From Anthoceros angustus (lineage: Eukaryota; Plantae; Anthocerotophyta): DNA of 64,000 nt. This document shows positions 13,141 through 25,199 of this stretch, piece by piece. The notes under the pieces are model-generated. The model searched no databases, had not been told where the DNA came from, and was given only the letters and a program-made list of their open reading frames with translations. The position numbers and the translations under genes are program-made. How positions within the stretch are numbered: the first letter of the stretch is position 1; the number at the start of each line of letters is the position of its first letter. The stretch spans positions 645,478 to 709,477 of the forward strand of contig MU008158.1 in the NCBI GenBank assembly GCA_010909165.1. The letters run 5' to 3'.

Positions 13141-13719
13141 AAATAAGCTGGGTTTGTTTTTTTTTCGTAGGTATGGAGTGTAAAATAAGGCGGAAAGGGA
13201 GGAAGAAGCACGGACGGTACTCGCATCGCACTCCGGACCGTAGGTAACGACCCTCGAGCCCACTGAGGACCTCCGACTACGCACCGAGTATCGGATGTCC
13301 GGACCGCCTCCGTCAAAACGGACAAGTACGCCGCAAAAGTAACCAGAAGTTGGAGCTGTGAGTTAGTACAGGGTGCCACGTGGACGGTCAGATCGAGGAG
13401 GACGCAAGGCATGCAGCATCAGACTGCAGGTTGCCGGCTATAGGCGGTGTATTCACGCCTCAGTACAGCGGGCGTAGTTAAAGTACGCTGCGTGGCCGAA
13501 GAAGCCGGAAGGCATGGCTGGCCAGTGCACTGCGCCACGGGCAGAAGGGATGCCTCCCGCCCGACTACTCCCGACGCGCCCGAGGTAGACCATTTCTCTG
13601 GACCTTGCGCGATTTTCAGCCTCGGCTCGCCACCCCGCCACCGGGCGCTATCTTCGGCACCCAGCACCCGCCGCTCACCTTCATGGTTGAGCAAAGAACG
13701 GGTAAGAGAGGGAGTGCCA

Positions 13720-14710
13720 TCACAGAATCGCCATGTTGGAGGAGAAAGAAGGCGGCAATGGGACCCAAGAAGGCTGAAGTGAAGTCTGGGAGCTCCGGCC
13801 TGTGGAGCGCAACATCATCCTGAGATATCCCGACTTGACCTCGTTGGCGAGGCGTAGGACCTGTGGAGAATTGGCACCGAGCAGCTTGACGTTGACAAGG
13901 CTACCACGTGGAACACAGGAAGATGCGCCGGCAGGCCTGCTAATAAGGAGGTACGCCTAAGAGCCTAAGGAGACCTTGGGAGGTGGACCGTGGAGGTCCC
14001 GAGGGAAGGTTTACAACCGCCTTGTGGAGGAGATTGGGGGTGTAGTTCCAGCCCTCAAGGTGAGAGGGAGGTGGAAGCAAAGGCGGCGATGTCGAGGCCG
14101 TGGACCCAAATCGGCCCAATGGCACGGGCCGATGCCCGACTCACCGATAGCGTGAGGGAGGGCTACAAGGTCATTGTCCATTGAACATGCTCACCAAGGT
14201 GGATCACCTGGTGACAACTGCTGGTTTTCCGCACGCCTCCAGAGGCAAACGGGCCGATTGGGGAAGAATCATCCCCGCCGCATCGGCCTGTAGCTGTGAA
14301 GCTACGGAAAGTGAGAAGCCGCCTTCCTCGCTGTCCCCTTCCTCATCCATGTACTACCCCTCAACCTCAAGGAGGAGAGGAGGAGCGCTGAAAGGGCTAG
14401 CACGAGGCGTGAGCGAAGGCGCTGAGGCGAGGCCGACCGCCCAAGGCCAAACGGGTCCGGAGGAAGATGATTGGGAGGAATTTTGACTCCATCTGAACTG
14501 AACCGACACCTGCCCGAGAGGTATGGAGGATATTCCCGCCTCCCTCCTTCCGGTTAGGAAGCAGCCGCGACGCGGTGCACCCATCGGGAAGGAGTCAAGG
14601 CCGGCGACGCTTGCCACCAAAGAACCTCACAACCCCAAGTGTGAGCCACACCATCTAAACGAATAAGAGGCAAGGTGGCTCCACTCAACGGCGCCAAGGA
14701 GCGCACCAAG
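13720..14710 (+). mobile_element. Family C accessory ORF, 5' part (MGPKK...), interrupted by copia-1
   Basis: MGPKKAEVK...GKRADWGRII...EEDDWE. Homologous to 52330-52800 and 46770-47310 on the - strand, and continues at 21413. Confidence 0.75.
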
Positions 14711-14923
14711 AGTTAGAAATAGTGCGCACTGCTGCTGGTTAAGGTCGACTAGACCACCCAATGTGGATTAGTCAAACTAGACTCATTAGTTGGTAGTTAG
14801 TTAACTAGCAGTGAAAGGACACACCCTCGTAACCATCCTTTATAAGCCCACCTATGAACTAAACATATTCATTGTTAATAAAGCATCTACTTGATGCAAG
14901 ACGCTGCATATGCATCTCTAACT
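14711..14923 (+). repeat. copia-1 5' LTR (AGTTAG...CTAACT)
   Basis: Direct repeat of 21190-21412, with TATAAG and AATAAA motifs. Confidence 0.92.
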
Positions 14924-14935
14924 TGGTATCGAGCC
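14924..14935 (+). promoter_or_regulatory. PBS complementary to initiator tRNA-Met
   Basis: TGGTATCGAGCC, one base short of the canonical TGGTATCAGAGC(C). Confidence 0.85.
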
Positions 14936-16668
14936 ATGTGATATTTCAATGGCTTTGTTAATTTTCTTCCTAATCAACTTAGGAAGATAAGCTAGCAACC
15001 TCATACCCAATTTTAGTTGATGAAAATGCATTTTGATATGCATTTCCGATAGCACTATCATCGCATCATAGGCTGATCCGCTAGTTTTACCATGTAGAAA
15101 CTCATGTTGCCCATCATACCATTGCTAAGTGAAAATAATTAGCTTAGAACTTTCTAAGTAAAGTAATTATCATAGCTACTTTATTGATTATTTTCATTAG
15201 TTCAATTTCCATCAAACCAAACCAATTTTTCTAAATTGATTGGTTATGGAATCTAGCCACCCTTCTAGTTCTTGTGATTCTATAAGGCCTAGTCATTGGG
15301 CCTTTTATAGGTTAATTTTGCTTAAGAATAGCATCATTTTGCTTCTGCAATCCTACTTTTGCTTTTGCTTTTAGCCTCTTAATCTTCAAGCACAAGAACT
15401 ATGGGTCGCAAACAACGATGCAACCATGCGAGGCAAGGAGGAAGTCGATCAGGCATGAGCAAGTCACGTTCGCAAATCGCACAATTACGCCGAGGTTTTG
15501 GATTATCATCGGCGCCCAAGTGTCTACATCATCTTGGATCTTCCTTAGGCGGATGCGATTTCTGCAAGAGCGATTGGAGACCTACATATCTCTGATCACC
15601 GATCTTGGTAGCGGATCCATGAACTCAGCCAAATTTAACATCAATTCTCAATTCAGCAAGAGGCCGGTCAACCATGGTCCAATTCTAGCGACCGATGCTT
15701 GTGGGGACTTGTCAACCGATTGACCACACCCTCGCCTCCCTCCTAATTTCGCCACAAAATTGCAGCCATTCGTGGATTTTCTGCGAAAGGCGGATTGGAC
15801 ATTTCATGCAGATCTGCAGGTTGAGGGACAATCGCGTGCTCCCACCAGGAGGGGCGCCAGGAGATCCGCGCGAGACGCAATGCTGATAGATCCGGCCAGG
15901 CGCGCCGCTTCCCTCCGGCCTTGTATCGGTTCAAGCACTGGCACCGTTTGCCCAGCCAACTTAAAATATTTTAAGTTGGCCCCGGTATGAAACGGGGCCT
16001 GTATGAAAATGCCCCTAAAATAATTAATTTTAGGGCACCGTTGATGCAGTGTAGACTCAACGGTGCACCTTTTCCTCACTAGTTGTGCCTCCTCACGGGC
16101 GTACCCTTGCTCGACAAAGGATCCCCACTCTGCTCAATTTCTCGGCCATTGCAGTTCAAGCACTTTGCTTTATGAAGTAACACCTTGCAAGCTAACCTCG
16201 TGAGCCCCCCACCGCCACAATTGCTTGGTGGTGATCCGAGTTTCCTCCGGGACGACTACTGCTTGTGTGCCACCACAAGTCTTTGTACAAGCCGATGCTC
16301 TTCCGTGTTTGACATCCGAGATCAAGCAGAGGAACTCACTCTGCTTTCGAGAATCTGGAGATGACCTACAAGGAGTACAAACTTGGTGAGGCACAAGCAA
16401 GAGTTACAGCACAACGTACAGATTCAAGCTCTCGCATTCAATCACACAAATCAACACCAATTTGGTTTCATTCAAACGGTTCGAATCGAATCCACTTTTG
16501 ATTCTGAATCACATTAACGAACTTGATTTTTATCGAGCCCGTGTTGTGAGTGTGGTGCGGTTATTGTGCAGTACATCTCTATTTACATTTACAAGCTTGG
16601 TTATTGATGCGAATTCTTGGTTTTGCGTCATAACACAAAGTCGACTTCATCTAATCACAAGTTTTCAA

Positions 16669-19600
16669 GATGGCTACTCCTCCACCTACACCACCAACAC
16701 CACCTTCTCCTCCGCTCCAATCATTAATGTTATGAAGTGAGTACGGATTTTAAGGAGAAAGACCGTTTTGACACCAAGTTTGAAGTTTGGTCTAAGCGGA
16801 TGAAGACGCTCTAAATACTGAGATCTTCTTGCCATCGTTGATGGCTCTCTCCGAAACCACCGGACCTTCACCCGCCTCGACTCATGGACAAGGCAAGGCA
16901 GACTATGCACATGCTTATTTCGCCTACGAAGTCACTCTCCATCACACCGATGGTGCCCTCACCTCAGCAGAAGCTTGGAGGCAGATCACGGATATTTACC
17001 AATCCACCAACGTAATGACATTGGTCACGGTTCGCAATGAATTTTATTCTTAAGAATGCAGCCACAGTGTTGCTACTCATGTGAGCAAGTTTCGTATCTG
17101 CGTGCTCAACTTTGGGGACTCCATTTGAGTTCAAGCTTCGTGCTACTAGCTTGCCTCCCCACTTTCAATCTTTTGTCTCTTCACGAATGGCAGCACGTGA
17201 AGCTCATCAAGGCATGTGTGCTAATAAGACACCTTCAATTTCTATCTCCGAGATAGCTGGTGCTCTTTTACAAGAAGAGGCTTCTAGGTTCAATCGCACC
17301 TCTCAAACATGGTGGTGATAGGGTGATGTTTGTCACCAAAGGTAGACAACAATTCAACAAGCGCAGGAACCCAAATGCCATTCGACCCTCCACTCGGTAC
17401 CACCTCCGGCCTTCTCCATCCAATTCTTCCTCAACTCCTAGGCGTGGGGGACATGTAATTGGTGCAAAGCCCAAGGACACTGGGAGCAGGAATGCCGTAA
17501 GAAGAAGGCTGGTGAGCCCAAGCGGGACACCAAAACCGCTAACACAGTGGTTGTTACTAAAGCAAGGCATAATTCCAAGACCGACATTGCTTTAACAGTT
17601 TGTTTGGTTGCATCTGAGTATAAATCTTCTTGGCTCGACTCTGCAGCTTCCGCTCACATATGCAGCCACAAACACATGTTTACGACATATTCGGCGGCTG
17701 ATGTTCTTCATCGCTTTGTTCTCCTTGGCGATGACTCTGGCCTCTCAATAGCGGAGCCGCTCTGACTTTCGAATTGGAAGATGGTTCTTCCTTCTACTCA
17801 CTGATGTGCTGCATGTCCCTCAGATGGCCAAGAATTTAATTTCCATTCGTCACTTGGTTAAGGATGGCATCTACAGGCTGGACTTTGGCCGTGGTGATTG
17901 TCTACTCACTCGGTCTATTCATCCGGGCCGTGTTATTGCTCGAGGCCATCCTCGCCATGATTTATATGTCTTCAACGGCAAGTCCATGTTGGTAGCGTCG
18001 GCTCCCGCGTGCCGCTTGCGCCATCGGGGAGGAGCTCACGTCCTGGTGATGCTTTTCTCTGGCACTCTAGGCTTGGCCACATTAATCATTCCAAGCTCTT
18101 AGAGATGTCTAAGCAGGATTTGTTTAGGGATAGGCTGCCTACTTTTACAAAGACGCCACCGTTGTGTGAATCTTGTATTTATGCTAAGCAACGCAGTTCT
18201 CCGTATCCTGATCTTCCTGCACGTCGGGCTACTCAGCCCTTGGAGCTTGTCCACATTGATCTTTGTGGGCCACTCCTGTTCCTTCACTTGGCGGGGCTAA
18301 TCATTTTATGACTGTTGTGGATGACTTCAGTCGTTATACTTTTGCTTACCCGCTTCGTTTGAAGAGTGACTCCTTCGGTGTATTTTCTCCCTTTGTTACT
18401 ATGGCCGAGCTGCAAACTGGTTGTAAGTCGGTGCATTAGATCTGACAATGCTGGGGAACTTAACAATCACCAGTTCAAGGACTTTTGTCAAGAGAGGGGG
18501 ATCCTTCGTCAATTTACGGTTCCCTATACCTCCCAGCAAAATGGAGTTGCGGAAAAAGCCAATGGTGATCTTTTGGCCATGGCGCGAGCTATGCTCGCTC
18601 AATCCCAATTGCCTAAGTCCTTCTGGGCCGAAGCTGTCAACACTGCTGCTTATATCAGAAACAGGGTGCTTTCCAAGTCCGTTACCAGCCGGACTCCTTA
18701 TGAGTGCTGGCATGGGAGTAAACCCCTTATCTCTCATCTTCGTATCTTTGGATGCCCTGCCTATGCCCATATACCTTCTCAGCTTCGAGACAAGCTCTCT
18801 GCTCGTGCTCGTAAGTTGGTATTTGTGGGCTATGGCGAGGATCGCAAGGCATACAAGCTGGTGGACTTGAATACCCACACTCCGACATATGCACGCACTG
18901 TCACCTTTGATGAGTCTCGGCTAGCACATCTTGGACCGCTTCTTGGCTCTGGTCCCGCCTCGCTTCTACCTCCGGCTCTCGTAGCCCTCGATGGCCTGGT
19001 GACATTCACTTTGAGTTACATACTCAACCCTTCACTTTTCCTGACTCAGGTGTTCCTGTTTCTGGTTCTGTTCCTACTCCGCCTTTGGCTTCTTCACCTC
19101 AAGCCGGTCCTATTCCCATAGTTCCTGCTCGAGAGGGGGAAGATGAACAAGCCATAGGGTTGCCCATGGATGAACCATTGGAAAATGAGGATGACTCCTT
19201 TGGTGTTCTTGAGACTCAAGCATCAGAGACATCGGTATCTCCACATTCCCCACCAAGCCCTGACCCTGTTCCTGAGCGTAGGTATCCCTTGCGTCAGCGA
19301 CAACCACGTCACCTATGGAATGAAATACCCTTTGACTTGGAGTTCAATCAAGCCAGCTATACTACCACTTCTGAAGGTCACTTTGATGCTTTTAGTGCCG
19401 CTCTTTCAGAGGGAGATCCTCTCACTCTGCAAGAGGCATACTCACGACCTGATGCAGCTAAGTGGAAGTTTGCCGTTGATGATGAATATAATTCACTTAT
19501 TAAAAACAACACATGGACTCTGGTCAATCTGCCCAAGGGCAGGACAACTGTTAAATGCAAGTGGGTTCTCAAAACTAAGTTCCAGGAGGTTGAGCCTCGT

Positions 19601-20930
19601 ATCCGCCACAAGGCGAGATTGGTGGCTAAGGGGTATAGTCAGAAAGAGGGAGTGGATTACCAAGGCGACAAAGTTTACTCACCCGTCAAAAGCTTGTAAG
19701 AATGCTTCTAGCTTTATGTCGAGCTTAACTTGGAAATTTATCGACAGCGTCTGGCCTTTCTTTATGGTCACCTTAAAGAGGAGATCTACATGGATCAACC
19801 AGAGGATTATGAAGATAAGAAATTCCCTCACAAGGTGTGTAAACTACTCCGCTCAATATATGGACTTAAGCAAAGCCCACGCTATGGTACGAGAGAATGG
19901 ATTCTTATCTCAAGAAGTTGGGGTTCGTCCAAAGTGAAGCAGATACTAACATCTATGTACTTCGTCAGGATAGCTCACTTGTACTTGTTGCCCTATATGT
20001 CGATGACTTAGTTATTCCAGGCAATAATGTTGAATTGGTCAACAAGATAAAAGCTGATTTGAGCAAAGAATTCGAGATGAAGGATCTCGGCAAAGTTAAA
20101 TATATTCTTGGAATGCATGTACATAGAGATAGCACTGGAGCTATTTATCTTCATCAAGGACGATATGTAGCTGGTATGCTAAAACGCTTCAACTTGGAGA
20201 ACGCACGAGCGGCAGCCACACCAGGTGCCGTTGGTGTTAAGCTTCATCTGCTTCCTGCCCTCAAGCAGAAGAGGACAAGAAGGAGATGGAGACTGTGCCC
20301 TACCGCATGGGAGTTGGCACTCTCATGTTCTTGAGTAATCAGACAAGACCAGACATCTCAAACACCGTGAATGCTGTTGCTCAGTTCTCAGAGAATCCAG
20401 GGAGGGATCACTGGGTTGCTCTCAAACGCATCATGCGGTACCTCAAGGGTACTCAAAATTATGGCCTATGCTACAAACCTAGCGGAAAGAAGCGCCTCCT
20501 GCTACATGTTATGTGGATGCAGATTGGGCTTGGACCACTGAAAAGTATCTCGATATTGCTTTCTTCGGCTCCAACATTAATTGGTCTTGTAGAAAACAAG
20601 CAGCCATATCACTTTCATCAATGTAATCGGAGTACAAGGCTCTCACTGAAGCCACCAAAGAGGTGAATGGGAAAGGAAGCTATGTGAGGATCTGGGTATG
20701 ACGCAGAAGGGCCAACAATACTTAACTGTGATAATATGTCGAATTGCTTTAGTTGCTAACCCGTGTTCCATGCATACGAAACACATAGAGATTCAACATC
20801 ACTATATTCGTGATCTTTGCGAAAGGGAATAGTAAAGGTACGGATGTACCAACAGACGACAACACGCATTGTCGACCAAATCCTTGCCCAAGTTTAAACA
20901 CTGCTTCCACAGAGAAGGGCTTGGATTAGT
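16669..20930 (+). pseudogene. copia-1 gag-pol polyprotein (frameshifted)
   Basis: FKEKDRF (gag), WLDSAASAHIC (protease), LWHSRLGH, LELVHIDLCGP and IRSDNAGE..TVPYTSQQNGVAEK (integrase), KARLVAKGY, SIYGLKQ and LYVDDL (RT), TRPDIS and HIEIQHHYIR (RNase H). Confidence 0.92.
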
Positions 20931-21189
20931 AGACTGTAGTAGCTTTATGACGCTAGACAAGTCACTCATATGGTGAGGCTTATCATCTTTTGTTCCATCA
21001 CTTGAAGTTGGCTTGTTGCTGCATACCTTGCAACCCGGTGTACTACTCGTGAGCTGGAGAGCCGCCTCAGCGAGGGAGTCGACCGAGTTGAGACAAAGTA
21101 GTGGAAGAGCACATTGCAAGACTCCGACAACGAGTGGTCTCCTTTTGTTTTACGGAGATCTCAGATAACTCAACGTGTCTGAGAGGGAG

Positions 21190-21412
21190 AGTTAGAAATA
21201 GTGCAGACCGCGTTGGTTAAGGTCGACTAGACCAGACCCAATGTGGATTAGTCAAACTAGACTCAGCTAGTTGGTAGTTAGTTAACTAGCAGGCTAGTGA
21301 AAGGACACACCCCCTCGTAACCATCCTTTATAAGCCCACCTATGAACTAAACATATTCATTGTTAATAAAGCATCTGCTTGATGCAAGGCCTTCACATAT
21401 GCATCTCTAACT
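21190..21412 (+). repeat. copia-1 3' LTR
   Basis: Preceded by the PPT GAGAGGGAG (21181-21189). Direct repeat of the 5' LTR. Confidence 0.92.
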
Positions 21413-23600
21413 CCGGTGCCTCTGCCTGCCTTGCAGGTACAGTAGCGAGAAGCGATGAAGCGGCGGAGAGGGCCGGCCCAAGGCGGCCACCTTGTGACCA
21501 CATCCGGAGCATCACATCTCCGGCGGGAGGGAAAGCAACTAGCTCAGAACTCCCTCACCCCTCCAAGGCCCCGGAGAAAGAGGCGGAGAAGGTGGCGGCC
21601 AAGAGGGCCAAGGAAGGTGAGCTCGGGACCTCGGTCGGACCTAAGGAGTCCATTAGGTCGAGAGCCGATCAGGTTCTCGCTCAGGCTATGAGCAGATCCT
21701 TAGCGGACCGGGAGAGATACCCGCACCCACAGCGGACTTCTTGGGTGCCTCACGGTCGCGGCCGTGGAAGAGACACGGTGGGTTTTAGCTACCGTCATGG
21801 GCGGTATGCTGCAGGGTCCTGCAATAGTGAAAAGACCCGGAGGTGGAGGGCAAGGAGGCGCATGGTGCTCCTCCATGAGCAGATGGAGGCGGCCAGGCGA
21901 AGAAGAAGAATCGCAATTGAGGAGGAGGCGAGGCAGGAGGTCTGGTCCATTTGGCGAGACAGACCAAGGTCCTTCGATTGTGTGAACAATTGAAACACCC
22001 CTGAGAGCTAGCAGGCGAGAGGACCTGCGGGGAGGAGTGGCCGAAGGCGAGGAGGAGGAGGGCAAGCGGAGAGGAGGACCTGGGCGAGGTGGCTGGGTGG
22101 GAACAACATAACAGGAGGCCCAGGTGAAAGCCGTGAAGCGCCAGCTAAAGCCGGCCGGGATCACTCTAGGAGGATCGAATCGGTGGAGAGGCAGCGGGGA
22201 CCCATGGCTAACTTTGAGCGGAGCAGGAGGCGGCCAGGCGGGAGTAGCCGGAGTAGGAGAAGGAGGCCGGCAATAAGGAGATGGAGGATCTCTGACTCGC
22301 TTGCAGTGGAAGAGCAACAAGGAGATGGAAGATCAGAAACCTTGAGTCATCCAAGAGACAATCGAGCAAGCGGGTTTACGGGCGTGATCGCGGATCACGA
22401 GCGAGATAGAGCGCCTTCACCGGCGACAAGAGGTAAGGCGATGGAACAAGGAGCGTGACGACAACTGGATGAAGCGGACCCCAAGTGAACCGCCGGACCA
22501 CCTAGAAAGAGAGATGGCGGAGCTCCAGGCCAGAATGAACGGAGGAGCAAGAGCCCTCGACGCAGAGAAGAAGCTACCGGGTCCGAAAGTGAGGGGAACG
22601 CCATGGCTGGCGTAAGCCGCAAATGAGCGGAAACGACGGAGCCGGAGCAGCAGAGCGATTGCAGGAGGTAACAGAGGCCTCCCTCGTGGCCTCGCGAGAC
22701 TCCTGCCCACCGACAAACCGGGGGAGACGGACGGCAAGCCGGACAAAGACGCCACCTCCTGGAGCACCTATGGCGGGAGGCTGGTGCTCAAGAAGAGGCA
22801 ATCCAAAGAATCGACTCGGATTTCGCCACTACCACCGAGCTCAAGGCATTGGAAGCTTCCCGGCGCCCACTGCAACTGGATGAACCTCCGGAAGGCTCCG
22901 ACGAAGAAGGGCATGGGGACAGCACGGGGGCCTTGGTGGCCCTGTTTGGGGACGACGGCAGCGGCGGAGAAGAGCCCCAGGAGGAGCAGGACGCGGCCAA
23001 CACAACCGACCTGGAGGTAAGACAGCCGCAACCAATCAGGGAGGATAGGGACAAGGGTCCCGAAGGAGGTGAGGAAGGAGGAAACCAACCGGATCCGAGC
23101 CATGGAAGGGAGCCGGCTAGCAAGGACGGACCCCTAACAGTAGGTGGTCCGGAGGTTGGGGGTCCGGGACTTGAGGACCGGACCCTGGTAATAAGTTCGG
23201 ACCTCGAGGTCCGAACCCCAGAGATGAGACCGGACTTGGAAGACCGGACTCTGGAAATAAGTCCGAACCCTGAAGTTCGGACCCTGGAGCCGAGACCGGA
23301 CCCCGAGGTCCGGACTCAGGAGGTGAGGGGACCTCCGACTCAAGGGGAACAGCCTGGGTGGCCCTATCGAGGGACCCACCATGGCCGTGAGAGGAAGATG
23401 GTGGTTACCGCCGGAAGACCCACCGGGTAGCCCACCGACAGTGGTCTCGGGAAGGGGTCCGCCTCACGGATCATCCGATTGGGGCGCCAGCACCGTGGCA
23501 AGGGAGGGGTCACGAGGCGGAACGGGCATCCTCGGGCCCACCGCCGACGACGGAGATAGGGGAGGGGCGTAAGATGGTAGGCCGATTAGGCAATCGAGGC
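21413..23600 (+). mobile_element. Family C accessory ORF, 3' part (charged, coiled-coil-like, decayed)
   Basis: KVAAKRAKEGE..RSLADRE..AVEETRWVLATVMGGMLQG matches 46340-46760 on the - strand. Confidence 0.7.
23163..23325 (+). repeat. Coding minisatellite, about 33-bp unit x5 (PDLEDRT/PEVRT)
   Basis: Repeated ccggac(t/c)tgagg(a/t)ccggaccc motif in ORF 22849-23430. Confidence 0.75.
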
Positions 23601-24479
23601 CATCACCACAATAGGGTGTAATAAAGACGCCACCTTCGCGAGAGGGCCGAAAATGAGTCAAGTAAAGTATCTTTCTCTTGGTGTTGATGCGCGTCTTCTT
23701 GCAGCCCTTGCGTGCCTTCTTGTTAACGTGAGTCTGAGTCATGGCGGTGGCTTGACTGGGGAGTCAAGGTCCCGTGATGGACCCCTAACGTGTGGTGGTG
23801 TGCGGGGAAGGCGGCAGGACCCTTGCTCGTCCGGCCCGGGCTGTCGGACGGACGGGCGTGAGCGGGAGGAACTCGGGAGGCGTGTAGGCAGGTCGGACGG
23901 CCACAAGCAAGCGGAGGAGGTCCGGACCCGCGACCCGTACAATTTCCCCAAGGATAGTGAGTGAAGTGTGAATGATGAGAGGGGCGGACTAGAGGGGCGA
24001 GGTGACAAACTTGAATGACACGGACGCAGCGAGCGGGTCATAACGTTAAGCCACGCGGGCACTGTCGTGAATACTCTGGTAGTTAGTCGTAAAGCGATGA
24101 ATGTGCGAGTCTAAGATGGGTACTACGTGAGGTGAAAGCGGCAGCGCGTGGCCAGCGGAGCCTATCATTCTCTTGGGAGCGGACCTCCTTACTACAGCGA
24201 CACGTGATTGTCGCGGTGGCCGTGGTGAAAAGTCGCACATTTTAAGCGCGTTGCGGGAATGAGATCGATCCGTAGCCTAGTGGGAAGGTAAGTGTGGATG
24301 CGTGGAGGACGTGAGGGTGATCGAAATTCTTGAGTGGTGGGCCCGTTGTAGCCGCGGGCGCTCGAGCCGAGCGCGTGAGAGGAGGCAGGCTCAACATGAG
24401 AGCTCCAGCCGGCAGGTAAGCACGGTAGACTTGTCGGATCGCGAGGAGGAAGTAGCACAAAGTCAGGCGGCAGTAAGGG

Positions 24480-24907
24480 GAGCGGTTCCTCAACCTCGCT
24501 GGTCGTGGCGATGGCAACAACATCGACCAAGCAAGCGTACTCTCTCTTTGGAGTTAAGAAGGAGAGGGATGCGGAAACCTTCGTGGAGGATTTCGTGTCT
24601 CGGGCGAACTTCAACGGAGAAGGATCGGATGCGCAGCTCATCCAGCTGTTCCAGGGGGTCCTTCGGGGAACAGCGGCTCAGTGGTACCGGCGGAAGTACC
24701 GACCACCCTAGAACGCTCCCCCTGCGACCTTTGAAGCACTGAAGGATGCCTTCTTGGAAAGATTCCGGGGGATTGACCAAGAAGGCTACGTCCTGTCTAA
24801 GCTCGAGAATCTGAAGCGAGGCAAGACGGAGAAGTTGGGATCATACATCGAATGGTTCTACGCCCTCCGGGACCGGCACCCCACCCACACCACCATGCAG
24901 GCAGTAC
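24480..24907 (+). pseudogene. Ty3/gypsy gag remnant, interrupted by the PHD-gypsy LTR
   Basis: DAETFVEDF..LFQGVLRGTAAQWY..TFEALKDAFLERFR..KLENLKRG...SYIEWF. Confidence 0.8.
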
Positions 24908-25179
24908 TGTCGTGAAGCGTGAAAAGTTTGGGACTACCGGTGTCCCGAGTATGAGCTTGTCCCGGGCAACTCCACCAATCTTAGCTGTGAGGACTATGGG
25001 ACTGCCTTGTCCCATAGCTGGAGGCAGCCCCGGCCGGTGGACCATGTCCCAAAGCAGATCCCGATCCGGTGGGACCGCTGTCCTGGCTGGGGCCCCGGCA
25101 TCCAAGCTATGGATCGCCATGTCCCATGGCCGGGACAGTCCGGTTGCCTCCTTGCCTCCTGTTAGCCCACTTATCGTCA
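24908..25179 (-). repeat. Putative 3' LTR of the PHD-gypsy element
   Basis: TG...CA ends with imperfect inverted termini (tgtcgtgaa / ttatcgtca). Lies directly downstream of the integrase and abuts the interrupted gag. Confidence 0.55.
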
Positions 25180-25199
25180 CTCCAGATTCGGGCCGTAGC

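Larger units (their letters stand above)
14711..21412 (+). mobile_element. Full-length decayed Ty1/copia element (copia-1)
   Basis: Paired LTRs of about 215 bp, Met-iCAT PBS, PPT and gag-PR-INT-RT-RH domain order. Confidence 0.95.
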
